IMG/VR virus record: IMGVR_UViG_3300001682_000073
Coordinates: 1 to 41,475 of that record
Length of the DNA: 41,475 bases
Reading direction: 5' to 3' (one strand)
DNA from: a virus
Positions 23,301 through 31,550 of the stretch are shown one piece after another. Below the pieces are notes generated by a model. The model made no database searches. It saw nothing but the letters and a program-made list of their open reading frames with translations, and had not been told where the DNA came from. Made by a program: the position numbers and the translations under genes. Numbering within the stretch: position 1 is the first letter of the stretch; every line of letters begins with the position of its first letter.

Positions 23301-24664
23301 AGAACATCTGCAAGCGTACTCTCTTTTGGTTTGGGCGGCAACCCTTCAATCACTTCAGTAGTGGTCTTAGCTTCTGGCAATGCAAGATATTGTAACGCTT
23401 CGGGTAATAATAACGGCATCCTTGTAGCATCAGTCGACACGTTGCCATATGGGTCAGCGTAAAAGTCTGCCTGTTTTACCTGTTGAGCGGTCGGCTGGGT
23501 CTGAATTGCAGGTCCGGCTCCACCTGGTTTTACCGATTCCTGGCTGAGTATATTGGATATATTGTTGAAACCGGACAGATTAATCCCCTGAGTTGCAATA
23601 CCCGTCGCCCCACCGAACAATCCACCTGCTATACCGCCGATAAGTGCATTTTTGCCCATTTCAACGGGGTTAAGTATAGCTTGTTCATTAAGTGATGCTA
23701 TCGGTGTTTCCGGCGCATAGGTCAGTTTCTTTGACAAACCCTCAAACGGGTATTGGAATACTTCCTCTAAACCTTCTTCGAGTGCCGCCCTGCCGATTGT
23801 GCGTAACAAACCTTTACCTGCTGATTTCCCGATAAGATTTTCAACACCGCCCAATACCTCGATAGCGGCTTGTGGTATGCCTTGAATTAATGCGGCTTTT
23901 TTAGCTGTGGCATCGTCAACGCCTTGGTCTCGGGCTTCTTTATACGCACCGCCGTATGATTGGCCTAATGACCAAAGGAACGGCAAGACCTTACCGCCGC
24001 CTGTTGCGACTGATGTATAAAGCGCCCCTGCGGTCTGAGGGATACTGCGGATGACTTGACCTAAGACGGTATTATCTCCACGGGCTTGTGCTTTTGCGGC
24101 ATCTTCCCTGATCTGGATTGCAGGTCCGCTTTGGCTGTCGTACCCACCAGGAATTGAGTTGAGCAGATTAGATGATACGTCACCTAAACCGGCGGCTATG
24201 TTGCGTGCAAATACATTATCAGACTTAGCAAGGGCTTCGTCAATTTTCTCGGCACCACGGACGACAGAACCTAACGGGTCGGATATGATGTTACCTACCG
24301 TCTGCAATAGTGTGGGTTTTGGTTCAGGCTTTTTAACATACCCCATATCAGCAAGCGTATTCGCCGCCTGCATCTGTTTTGCCATGTCCGAGGCTGTCAG
24401 CGCAGGTGAATTAATTGTGTTAAGGGCGTTCTGCACCGTAAGCTGTTCACTCAGGCTTGTGCCTTTTTTGAATGGGGCGGTTTGGGTTGGAGCAGTCGTT
24501 TCATTATTCAACGAACTTATCCCCGTTCCCCAATACTGTGCCAGTTTTTCGCGCCTTGCTTGAATAGCCCGATCTTCCTCTATTCTTTTGGAAATTCTCT
24601 CAGTAAAGGTAGGGGAGCCATCGCTGACACCCCTTGCCCTCAATCTTTCGGTGAATGAAGCCAT
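20303..24664 (-). CDS. Giant (1453 aa) multidomain virion protein; putative internal/ejection or polyvalent protein
   Basis: Largest ORF. Gly-rich hydrophobic segments (ALIGGIAGGLFGGATGIATQG; GSAIGALGFWLGSIGW) and a Q/P/T-rich linker. Located at the end of the virion module. Confidence 0.5.
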   Translation of the reverse strand: MASFTERLRARGVSDGSPTFTERISKRIEEDRAIQARREKLAQYWGTGISSLNNETTAPTQTAPFKKGTSLSEQLTVQNALNTINSPALTASDMAKQMQAANTLADMGYVKKPEPKPTLLQTVGNIISDPLGSVVRGAEKIDEALAKSDNVFARNIAAGLGDVSSNLLNSIPGGYDSQSGPAIQIREDAAKAQARGDNTVLGQVIRSIPQTAGALYTSVATGGGKVLPFLWSLGQSYGGAYKEARDQGVDDATAKKAALIQGIPQAAIEVLGGVENLIGKSAGKGLLRTIGRAALEEGLEEVFQYPFEGLSKKLTYAPETPIASLNEQAILNPVEMGKNALIGGIAGGLFGGATGIATQGINLSGFNNISNILSQESVKPGGAGPAIQTQPTAQQVKQADFYADPYGNVSTDATRMPLLLPEALQYLALPEAKTTTEVIEGLPPKPKESTLADVLDEPVHPRFPNTAFSSEPNKLYREVGPDRLLAYVDSIAYDAPYGAFPNELYVTKSPELALGQGTNRGIMLQFSDENVPLVRNTKKVFNPENGEYLVDAGTRDARDNMIPLRHNLEKVTINKDLLGDITQADLDLSKQYAINKAQLNRVTIPTFEARGWKKSFDVEGNLILTNPKLQKAKEIYETAEQNIIHTVPEQYRRETPFTVLRSSQPPKVQPQYAKEAFTPIGGYPPIQTEQQTQPTTQNQQAQQQAAPTTEAPQQARIFSEEPMGTIPEGMRERGFSQNIRTDAAMNEDIRASFDENPEVYKQLSNQKTLEKAQEIFNKGQAEAEADFYQSISSNSFRPADVPLAKMLAQQAAEQGDIGKARQILSSVAEKLTEAGQFSQAAKILREADPETFLMTMDKQLKKLNEQGRKKYGKKWKDVDLTSEEIEAIKNIPKGDQQAYDGVWEQIGNRISKELHSSGIEKFNAWRRMAMLLNPKTHIRNVGGNVIMMGMRKAADTIGAALQKAFVPAGQRTQSVGWSFNKDIVAKVNENWNTVKKDILGESRWEIGNLKSLGREKQIFRNPVLQWLNEVSLKSLNLEDNIFTERAYKDALGQYLQANNMTEVTSEAIEYAKRRALEATFKQANMLADFINKAKNVPVAGFFVEGAIPFTQTPANIVMRGIEYSPGGIIKALYDIKAGKTAATVIEDLSKGLTGSAIGALGFWLGSIGWAKVNRKRSDKAEALYQELGDQRYAINTPLGSYTFDWAQPFSIPFAMGIAAQEAIRDRKDGDTIIQAVIDGIAAGGDTIFNMTMLQNIREILGSYGSPTEKIMGIPIDYLEQAIASVLGQTARTIDPVRRSTYDPNSIGQWWRGIRARIPGLSQTLEPALNIWGQEQSQGGALQQFISPGYFRARSDDPVTNEMARLYESVNDNDILPKTAPNNFTKNKVAYTLTPEQKTEFARIMGQKNYNDLARLFTSSEYKELTDEQRAKRVKSIVESNYDEAKGIIIGGAK

Positions 24665-24676
24665 AATCTCACCGCC

Positions 24677-26035
24677 TTATATGCCATATTCCTCAGCCAA
24701 TGCGTCAATAACCGCAGGGTCAACACCCTGACGGTACAAGCCTTCAAGGTATGCGGCTATCCTTGTCTTATCTTTGCCGTAATTATGGTCGATGTAATTT
24801 CTGTAACTATCCAATGAGCCAACGCTTGTTTTCTTTTCTGCATTTATTTTCGCTGTTTGTGCATTCATCCTCGCTGTCTGTGCATTCATTCTTGCAATGT
24901 CAACATCGGCTACCGTTGCGCCCATAGGCAATCCAAGTATACGAGCCTGTTCAGCAGAGGTTATTCTACCGGTGGACTGGAATAAGTCAAATGCCCGTTT
25001 CCATGCCCGCTGATCTTCTTCGCTTGCCGCCGCTGCCGCCGCCGCTGCTTTTTCTGCTTCTGCCTGTATCTTCTTCCGCCTCTCGGCATACAGGTACGGC
25101 ACTAATGGGTCATTCGGGTCGAGCGTGTTAATATACGCCTGTATATCGTCATAGTATCTTGCCGCTAACAAAGCTGCCTGCTGTGCAAGTTCATTCTGTT
25201 GTGCCTGTCTGCCCTGCAAGGTCAATTCGCCAGTGGAGGTCTTGCCTTGCGCCGCAAGGTCAGCCGCTCTCTGCGCCTGTATCATACGCATGTTGTCAAT
25301 GTAATTCTGCAATGTCTGCGCGTCAATGTCAGCCATAGCCGCCGCAACATCAGATTCATACGCGGATTCTATGCCTGAACGTCTGCGTGCTATGTCGGCA
25401 ATGTCAGCCGCCTCTTGCCTGTTCAATGTGCCAAGCTGCCCTTGCAAAGCGGCATTACGGTATATCTCAGGCAATCCCGCCGCACTTCCACGTATGCCCT
25501 GCGCCGCCATATATTCGGCGAAATTCTTAGCGCTTATGTCAGACTGCGCCGCCGTGCGGTTGCGCAAGTCATAGTAATACGGCTTTAGCGCGGCTTCCTC
25601 CGCTTGCAGGCCGGACAATGCGCTTTCCTTCGCCTTGCCCAATGCGGCAATACGGCTTTGTCTCTGCGCTTCGGCAAGTTCTCTTTGCCTGCGCTCCATT
25701 TCGGCAAGCATGTCTTTATACTGTTGTTGTTGGTCACGGAGCATGTCTTGATACTGTTGTGTAGGGTCTATTACTTCGGAAATAGGTCCCGACATAGATT
25801 CTGCCTGCGATCCTATCGGTTTTGGTTTTGCACCGCCAGGAGATGGGTCTGCATAGCCATACTTCGACATAAGCTCGTTAATGTAATCTTGTGTTGACTT
25901 AGTCTGAATACCTTCCCCTTCTATTTTTTCATTTCTTGCTTGAGCTAATGTAGCAATTTTGCTCCAACTGGGCTTACCCTTTTGGAACTCTTTTTCAATC
26001 TCTGCTGCGTAGTCTATGTTTGGATTGTAAGCCAT
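24677..26035 (-). CDS. Coiled-coil Ala/Gln-rich virion protein (452 aa from MAYNPN)
   Basis: AAGGAGAG RBS before the ATG at 26035. The track start at 26077 lies inside the upstream terminator. Confidence 0.55.
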   Translation of the reverse strand: MAYNPNIDYAAEIEKEFQKGKPSWSKIATLAQARNEKIEGEGIQTKSTQDYINELMSKYGYADPSPGGAKPKPIGSQAESMSGPISEVIDPTQQYQDMLRDQQQQYKDMLAEMERRQRELAEAQRQSRIAALGKAKESALSGLQAEEAALKPYYYDLRNRTAAQSDISAKNFAEYMAAQGIRGSAAGLPEIYRNAALQGQLGTLNRQEAADIADIARRRSGIESAYESDVAAAMADIDAQTLQNYIDNMRMIQAQRAADLAAQGKTSTGELTLQGRQAQQNELAQQAALLAARYYDDIQAYINTLDPNDPLVPYLYAERRKKIQAEAEKAAAAAAAASEEDQRAWKRAFDLFQSTGRITSAEQARILGLPMGATVADVDIARMNAQTARMNAQTAKINAEKKTSVGSLDSYRNYIDHNYGKDKTRIAAYLEGLYRQGVDPAVIDALAEEYGI

Positions 26036-26061
26036 TTTCTCACTCTCCTTTTTTTTGAGCA

Positions 26062-26093
26062 TTAAAAAAGCACCCACGCTTTTGTGAGTGCTT
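26062..26093 (-). terminator. Intrinsic terminator immediately after the protease gene
   Basis: Minus strand reads AAGCACTCAC-aaaagc-GTGGGTGCTT followed by TTTTTTAAT. Confidence 0.65.
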
Positions 26094-26109
26094 ACTCGCT
26101 AATGTTTTT

Positions 26110-26898
26110 CTATTTAAGTTGTTCTAATATAGGTTTAATTATATTTATTGGTATTGCCTGATGTGCTTCGCCGCCCCCCATGACATTCATTGCAACTATT
26201 TCGCTGTTATAATTAAAAATTGCACCGCCACTTGAGCCACTGTCCATCCCACTTTCTGATATAGACAAATACTGCATGTCGTCGTACCAATCAAGCCCTG
26301 AATTTATACATTCATCAATCATGTTTTGCGAACCACCCGGACTTGTGATAGAAATTAATTTTTCCCCTTCTTTGAGATTGTCCGAATTCCCTAACGCTAC
26401 AGATGGATAGGCAATATATGTCTTTAATACTGCTACATCAAGGTCTGTTTCTATTGGTACTATAGATGCACTTCTACTGTATTTTTCATCATCAAAGAAT
26501 ATGTCTATCCTCTCTGCTCCTTCTACCACATGGTTGGCTGTCACTATATAACCGTTATATATCCAACCAGAACCTTGACTTACTTTATTCCCGTTATATG
26601 CGTATATCATTACACATGAATCCTTGCAGTTCTTAACAACAGTTTCAAGGTCGGTCAAAGGCGAAATAAAGTCTATCCTTTTATCAGTTACTTTTATGTC
26701 AAGTCCTAATGCCTCGGCTACCCCTCTGATTGAAGCATAGTTTGTATACTCATAGTTGTACATATCAAAGTTAACCTTAGTGCCGTCAACATACAAGGTG
26801 TTATCTGATTTAATAAACTGAAAGTAACTTTGTGCTCCTACAGACACAGTCAAGGTCAAAATTACCCCAAATATAAATCCTATGCAAGACTTTTTCAT
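26110..26898 (-). CDS. Secreted or membrane-anchored trypsin-like (S1/DegP-type) serine protease with a copper-amine-oxidase-N-like stalk domain
   Basis: Signal/TM MKKSCIGFIFGVILTLTVSVGA; the stalk domain VDGTKVNF...YASIRGVAEALGL; and the triad context TANHVV (His), DLDVAVLK (Asp), MDSGSSGGAIF (Ser). Confidence 0.75.
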   Translation of the reverse strand: MKKSCIGFIFGVILTLTVSVGAQSYFQFIKSDNTLYVDGTKVNFDMYNYEYTNYASIRGVAEALGLDIKVTDKRIDFISPLTDLETVVKNCKDSCVMIYAYNGNKVSQGSGWIYNGYIVTANHVVEGAERIDIFFDDEKYSRSASIVPIETDLDVAVLKTYIAYPSVALGNSDNLKEGEKLISITSPGGSQNMIDECINSGLDWYDDMQYLSISESGMDSGSSGGAIFNYNSEIVAMNVMGGGEAHQAIPINIIKPILEQLK

Positions 26899-26981
26899 AA
26901 TATCACCTCTATACATATATTACCACATTTTTATAGAAGTGATACATTACAGAATGTTACATATTTGTTTCCTTATGCGTC

Positions 26982-27383
26982 CTATCCTACCTCAAGCTCA
27001 TTGATGCGGTCACGCAGGGCTTGTCGTTCGGCATGTAGCGTCTGAATATCATATGGCAATTCCAGCCCTGCAAGCTGATATTCGTAGCACTTGATTATTT
27101 TATAGTCGGTTTCTGTGAGTTGCTTTTTGAGTTCCACTATTTCATATTTTACTTCGGTCCCTACCTCATACCAACCATAATTAGGGTCATATTCAAAATC
27201 ACGTTCCTCAATGACCGCGCCCTCTGGCATGGGATTCATTACTTTATCTTCAAAAACTGCTTCTTTAACGATATTCCCTTCCTCATCATATTCAGGTGGC
27301 TTAACTTCTCTTTGCTGTATTTGATAATCCCATTCGCCGATATTGATTATCTTTCCGTTTAAAACTACACATTCTTTAATCAT
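26982..27383 (-). CDS. XkdW-like / tail-fiber-associated protein (tentative)
   Basis: N-terminus CVVLNGKIINIGEWDY and C-terminus TDYKIIKCYEYQLAGLELPYDIQTLHAERQALRDRINELE resemble the XkdW family. It lies downstream of the fiber gene. Confidence 0.4.
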   Translation of the reverse strand: MIKECVVLNGKIINIGEWDYQIQQREVKPPEYDEEGNIVKEAVFEDKVMNPMPEGAVIEERDFEYDPNYGWYEVGTEVKYEIVELKKQLTETDYKIIKCYEYQLAGLELPYDIQTLHAERQALRDRINELEVG

Positions 27384-27976
27384 ACTGTTTGCACCGCCTT
27401 CCACCCTGTGTTTCCTGTACCACTTTCTTTTACATACAGTGTTGTAGATGCACCACCATCAGTGCGTTGATATAACGCCCCTATAGGTGCAGATAAAACC
27501 CCCTCAGGGCTGCCCGTCCCTTTGTATAACTTTCCTGTATTATTTTGATGATAAACCGTCCCATAATTTATTTGCATTTCACCGTCTACGGCATTGTTGT
27601 TTTCATCTCTAAATCCCATCATTATTGTGTTACTGCCAACATGCAAATACATATCACATCGACGGAAACCAGGCGTTGTATTATAAGGATAAAACCGCAT
27701 ATAATTGCCTACGCTCAACACGCCGCTAACATGACCGCCTGTTGCCGGAACTGCCCCCACCTGTACCGCTGTAACTTCATGTGGGTTCGTATTATCTGCC
27801 AAATGCGCTTCAACTTCGGGTATTAGTGTTTCATTAACAAATTCACCAAGAGCGATCGGTCCTTCGTCAAACTTGTCCTTAAACTGTTGCGTTGTCAATC
27901 CACGTTCCTGTGGAGTTGTGCCAAGTTTGCCGATTACATTAACCTTATCCAAATCAAATCTTGTCATGTCTGCCAT
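27380..27976 (-). CDS. Tail fiber / receptor-binding protein
   Basis: HLADNTNPHEVTAVQVGA motif and a beta-rich C-terminus ...TLYVKESGTGNTGWKAV. AAGGGGTGA RBS before the ATG at 27976. Confidence 0.55.
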   Translation of the reverse strand: MADMTRFDLDKVNVIGKLGTTPQERGLTTQQFKDKFDEGPIALGEFVNETLIPEVEAHLADNTNPHEVTAVQVGAVPATGGHVSGVLSVGNYMRFYPYNTTPGFRRCDMYLHVGSNTIMMGFRDENNNAVDGEMQINYGTVYHQNNTGKLYKGTGSPEGVLSAPIGALYQRTDGGASTTLYVKESGTGNTGWKAVQTV

Positions 27977-27992
27977 ATGTTTTATCACCCCT

Positions 27993-29822
27993 TTACCTGT
28001 TCTTCACAAGTCCGCCCGTGCGTGTCGGCAATGTGATTGACAGTACCGTTGCGCCGTCTGTGCCGTCACAAACAAGGCGTAGTTTCATGTAGTCTATTTT
28101 CTTAGCCTTAAGCTTCACTTTTTTTGGCTGCGGGCTGTAGTTGGTTTCAAACGAAAAGCCTTTTGTTTCATATCCCGGCACATCAATGCCAGAGAAGTCC
28201 CACGTATCAAAACTTGAAAGCCCGTACCAAACTTTCTTGATGAATTTGAAATTGGAATCCCTGTCGGTAGACAGGTATATGTCAACATGGGTACTTATAC
28301 AAGGCACTATTGAAATAAACATCATCTGGATAAACTTCCTTATCCAATCTGCGCCGAAGTTGTGGTATCCCATGTCCCATACAGCGACGATTTCCTCTCC
28401 ATCGAACGTCGCTTCGTTTTCGTCGAACATCATTATTTGCCCGTCCGTCGTGCCGAAGCACAGCTTTTTATCGACGGTCATAAAGCAGGTCGGTTCATGT
28501 GGCAAGTCAAGGATATACCACGCCCCACGTTCTTCCCGTGCGCCGGTTACGCGGTAGTTGTAAACCCATATCCGCTTGCCAACGCACAAGAGGTATAACC
28601 CGTTTTCGTCCCAATCCCATGTTATTGCTTTCGACAAATCAAGCGGGTCTAAATCCCTTTGAATACGCTTGCTTATCCATTGGGCGTTCTTCTCGTTTAT
28701 TACATAGGTCGAAACCCATTCATAGATACCTTTCCAGACAGTGAACGGGTTATTGTAGATTATCTGCGCTTGCCCCATTGCAACGTTGCCAACCTTTGCG
28801 TTTATCGGGAATGTGGGGAATATGGTTGTAAACAATCCGCTGTTAGGATCGGTATATGAATCACTGGTCGAATACCATGCGCTTGCCCCCGAACTGTCGC
28901 CGGAAGTAAATATAATCTGTTTATCATATTGGGTTAATATGTCGGTGATTTCATGTTCCCCGACGGTTGAATCAGTGGCATAAGGCCAGTATGTAGGGTC
29001 TGAAACTCCTGCCATAGTTACGCCTGAAGGATAACGTGTGTTCTTATAGTTCGGATTGCCAAACAACCAGAATCTTGCATAATACACGCCGCCGTAATAC
29101 CGGCAGTTGGTTATCCTGCGCCTGAATTCAGCATCTTCCTTTGTCCATGCTACTTCAATATTGTTTGTTCCTTCGGGTGGAGGGTTTAAAAATGTCACTG
29201 TTCCATTTACCAGGTCAACCGTGTAATCTGAGCCGAGCTCCTGTTCCTCTGCGCCGACATAAACCGAATCAACGGAATCAATATCATATTCCGGTAACTG
29301 AAACAGTGTTGCATCTCCATACGCAGAGAAGCGCATCTTCTTTTTGCCAGTGATATAGTTTATACCTTCAACTATCGTGCCCCCACCGTAAGGTGGTGCG
29401 GCTGTAGCGAATAAAGGAACATAGCCCTCAACAACCTTGAACGTCGTGCCGTCCCACTGGTAGAATTCCGTCCCGTCGAGGATATACACGACATTGTTTG
29501 ACGCAAAGAATGTTGTCGGATATGCGTCAACCACTGTACCAAGTTCGGTTTCTATGCCGTTTTCAATCTTGTAAACCTTGCCGCCCCGGGCGAAAAGGAA
29601 ATGGTCAACGCCGTTGATTTTGCCCCACCACATGCCATTTACCTTCTTGCCTGCAACCTTGGCGTTAAGGCTCTTATACCCATACTGCTTTTTCAGTTTC
29701 AGGTCGTCGGTTATCGTCCAGTTGGACATTTCCGACGCCTCACCAAGTGCAAGCAATGTTTCGGTTTCCTGTTTGTTCACACCGAGAAAGGTATCAAGTA
29801 CATTATAGGTTGTTTCAGGCAT
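27993..29822 (-). CDS. Large tail structural protein (609 aa; tubular-tail/nozzle-like by position)
   Basis: Assigned by size and position between the adaptor-like gene and the fiber. No motif was recognised. Confidence 0.4.
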   Translation of the reverse strand: MPETTYNVLDTFLGVNKQETETLLALGEASEMSNWTITDDLKLKKQYGYKSLNAKVAGKKVNGMWWGKINGVDHFLFARGGKVYKIENGIETELGTVVDAYPTTFFASNNVVYILDGTEFYQWDGTTFKVVEGYVPLFATAAPPYGGGTIVEGINYITGKKKMRFSAYGDATLFQLPEYDIDSVDSVYVGAEEQELGSDYTVDLVNGTVTFLNPPPEGTNNIEVAWTKEDAEFRRRITNCRYYGGVYYARFWLFGNPNYKNTRYPSGVTMAGVSDPTYWPYATDSTVGEHEITDILTQYDKQIIFTSGDSSGASAWYSTSDSYTDPNSGLFTTIFPTFPINAKVGNVAMGQAQIIYNNPFTVWKGIYEWVSTYVINEKNAQWISKRIQRDLDPLDLSKAITWDWDENGLYLLCVGKRIWVYNYRVTGAREERGAWYILDLPHEPTCFMTVDKKLCFGTTDGQIMMFDENEATFDGEEIVAVWDMGYHNFGADWIRKFIQMMFISIVPCISTHVDIYLSTDRDSNFKFIKKVWYGLSSFDTWDFSGIDVPGYETKGFSFETNYSPQPKKVKLKAKKIDYMKLRLVCDGTDGATVLSITLPTRTGGLVKNR

Positions 29823-29824
29823 TG

Positions 29825-30790
29825 TTAATCACCGCCTTGAAAATAGACGTCTATTATTTCTGTTGGGGTCAAAGGCTCTCTTGTGGTCGAATCAACATAC
29901 ATCTGTGCAAATTCTTCTTTTGCGTCCTTTGCTATTTCGTCATTCATATCCGCTCTGGCAAAGTGCTTCACAAGGTAAGGCACAGCCGACATTGCGACAT
30001 GCTCCGGGTACTCTATCGTTTGGTCGAGCGAAGTTATCTTCGCGGGGAGTGAAACGTAATTTATCCTGATAATGCCCTCGTAAGAGAACATCACATACAA
30101 ATCTTTGTCATTTTCCCACTTGACGGACGACGAACCTTCCTGGTACTGCCATTGCGGATATTCGCTGATTATCTGCGAACGGCTTATAAAATCGTCCGGC
30201 AGTTCAACCTTGTAATACGGCTTGAAGTCGGGCACCTTGTCGGCAGATGGGTACTTATACGGCGATAGCGCCCTGTTATTGTGCCGGAAGTAATAACTCC
30301 CGGTTATGGTCATGGTCACATTGCCGCCTGTAGCGTTCAGTATGCCTTTAAGCGGCAGAAATGAGGTCGTACCTTCGGCTACGGTTATGTTGATAGTGCC
30401 GTTAAATTCGGTTTCCTCACCGCCGTTGAATGTGTATTTACCGCTTAAAGGTGAGCCGTTCTCGGTAAATGTTACGGTGCAATCACCGTCAACCTCGATA
30501 TAGAAGCAGTATGCTCCTGTGCCTGAATATGTCTGCGTTTCACCGTTATTCTCAACGATTTTGCCTACTTGGTTTAAGTCGCCAAGCAGGTTTTTCTTCC
30601 GAACGCAGGATATTTCAAAAGATTTTTTTCTTCCCGCCGTTTTCGCCATCCTGCGGCTCCATATATCCAACAACAAAGGAGCTTTGGCTTCGTATTCCGC
30701 AACATCGTCCGGGTTGAGTGCGCCTGTTTCTGAAATTTCGTCCATGACGGCCATTGCCCTTTCAAATAGTTCTTGACCTGTGTATGACAT
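29825..30790 (-). CDS. Virion structural protein (321 aa; adaptor / tail tubular A-like by position)
   Basis: AAGGGGTGA RBS before the ATG at 30790. Assigned by position only. Confidence 0.4.
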   Translation of the reverse strand: MSYTGQELFERAMAVMDEISETGALNPDDVAEYEAKAPLLLDIWSRRMAKTAGRKKSFEISCVRKKNLLGDLNQVGKIVENNGETQTYSGTGAYCFYIEVDGDCTVTFTENGSPLSGKYTFNGGEETEFNGTINITVAEGTTSFLPLKGILNATGGNVTMTITGSYYFRHNNRALSPYKYPSADKVPDFKPYYKVELPDDFISRSQIISEYPQWQYQEGSSSVKWENDKDLYVMFSYEGIIRINYVSLPAKITSLDQTIEYPEHVAMSAVPYLVKHFARADMNDEIAKDAKEEFAQMYVDSTTREPLTPTEIIDVYFQGGD

Positions 30791-30802
30791 ATATATCACC
30801 CC

Positions 30803-31105
30803 TTACTTTTTGGGATGGGCTTTTCGGTAATGAGCCATTAATTCGCCTTTGTTGGTGGTCTTGTAGTCGCATTTTTGACAGTTATAGAATCCGTCTGCGG
30901 GTAGCTTCTTTTCCTTGGAGGTTTCTACATTCGGCTTTTCTTCCGAGGTTTCCCCGACAACCTTGACCCCTCTGCATTTCGTGGTAAGGTATTTTATTTT
31001 CTTGGGGTTGTCTGTTTCGTAAAAACCGTTTTCATCAAAGGTACATATCTTAACCATCTTGTTGTAATCAACAATAGTCACGTTAGGTTTGTGTTGGAAT
31101 TTCAA
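30803..31105 (-). CDS. 100-aa protein with a classical C2H2 zinc finger at the C-terminus (TTG start)
   Basis: YNCQKCDYKTTNKGELMAHYRKAH fits C-x2-C-x12-H-x4-H with L-x2-H. AAGGAGGG RBS 7 nt before the TTG. Confidence 0.55.
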   Translation of the reverse strand: MKFQHKPNVTIVDYNKMVKICTFDENGFYETDNPKKIKYLTTKCRGVKVVGETSEEKPNVETSKEKKLPADGFYNCQKCDYKTTNKGELMAHYRKAHPKK

Positions 31106-31130
31106 TTATCATCCCTCCTTAAAGGAAGAT

Positions 31131-31150
31131 GGGGAGGAAAATCCCTCCCC
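31131..31150 (-). terminator. 7-bp GC hairpin after the capsid-proximal gene (partial terminator/attenuator)
   Basis: GGGGAGG-loop-CCTCCCC lies between the stop at 31152 and the next RBS. Confidence 0.4.
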
Positions 31151-31151
31151 A

Positions 31152-31526
31152 TTACGGCAGTTTAATGACAGCAACTTTGACGTTTGAAATAGTTGCTCCA
31201 GCAGAGACAGATGCAGTTGAAAATCCCACCGCACAATCAATCTCGCCGTCTGCGTTCTTGTAACGCACGGTTTCCAAAGGACCGACAACAACAGTCGATT
31301 CAGGGGCAACATCTACTGACAGCGTGCCGTACACATTAGCCAGGTAATCGCCGGCAAGAACCTGCAAGGTTGCTGTGCAACCTGCCGTCTGATTGTTGTT
31401 CTCAACAAGGATAATCACCTTCTCGCCGGGCTTGTCTCCAAAGTCAACAGAGAATGTTGCGGCCGCAGCGTTTTTGACCAGTTCCGCAGAACCATTCCTT
31501 TCACAGTAAGAAGCAGTCATTGACAT
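31152..31526 (-). CDS. Beta-rich 124-aa head-associated protein (decoration/accessory, by position)
   Basis: Lies immediately downstream of the capsid gene and has a strong RBS. Confidence 0.4.
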   Translation of the reverse strand: MSMTASYCERNGSAELVKNAAAATFSVDFGDKPGEKVIILVENNNQTAGCTATLQVLAGDYLANVYGTLSVDVAPESTVVVGPLETVRYKNADGEIDCAVGFSTASVSAGATISNVKVAVIKLP

Positions 31527-31550
31527 TATGTATCACTCCTTTCATCACAT

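Noticed and set aside
26905-26945. Confident promoter call for the protease moron
   Set aside because: The extended -10 candidate (TGgTAATAT, 26917..26925) would place the transcription start practically on the Shine-Dalgarno sequence, and no good -35 exists. I keep it only as a weak possibility within the moron finding.
31109-31312. Track ORF 31109..31312 (-) overlapping the 31152..31526 gene
   Set aside because: It lies in an alternative frame of a better-supported gene. It has no RBS, and it runs across the intergenic hairpin.
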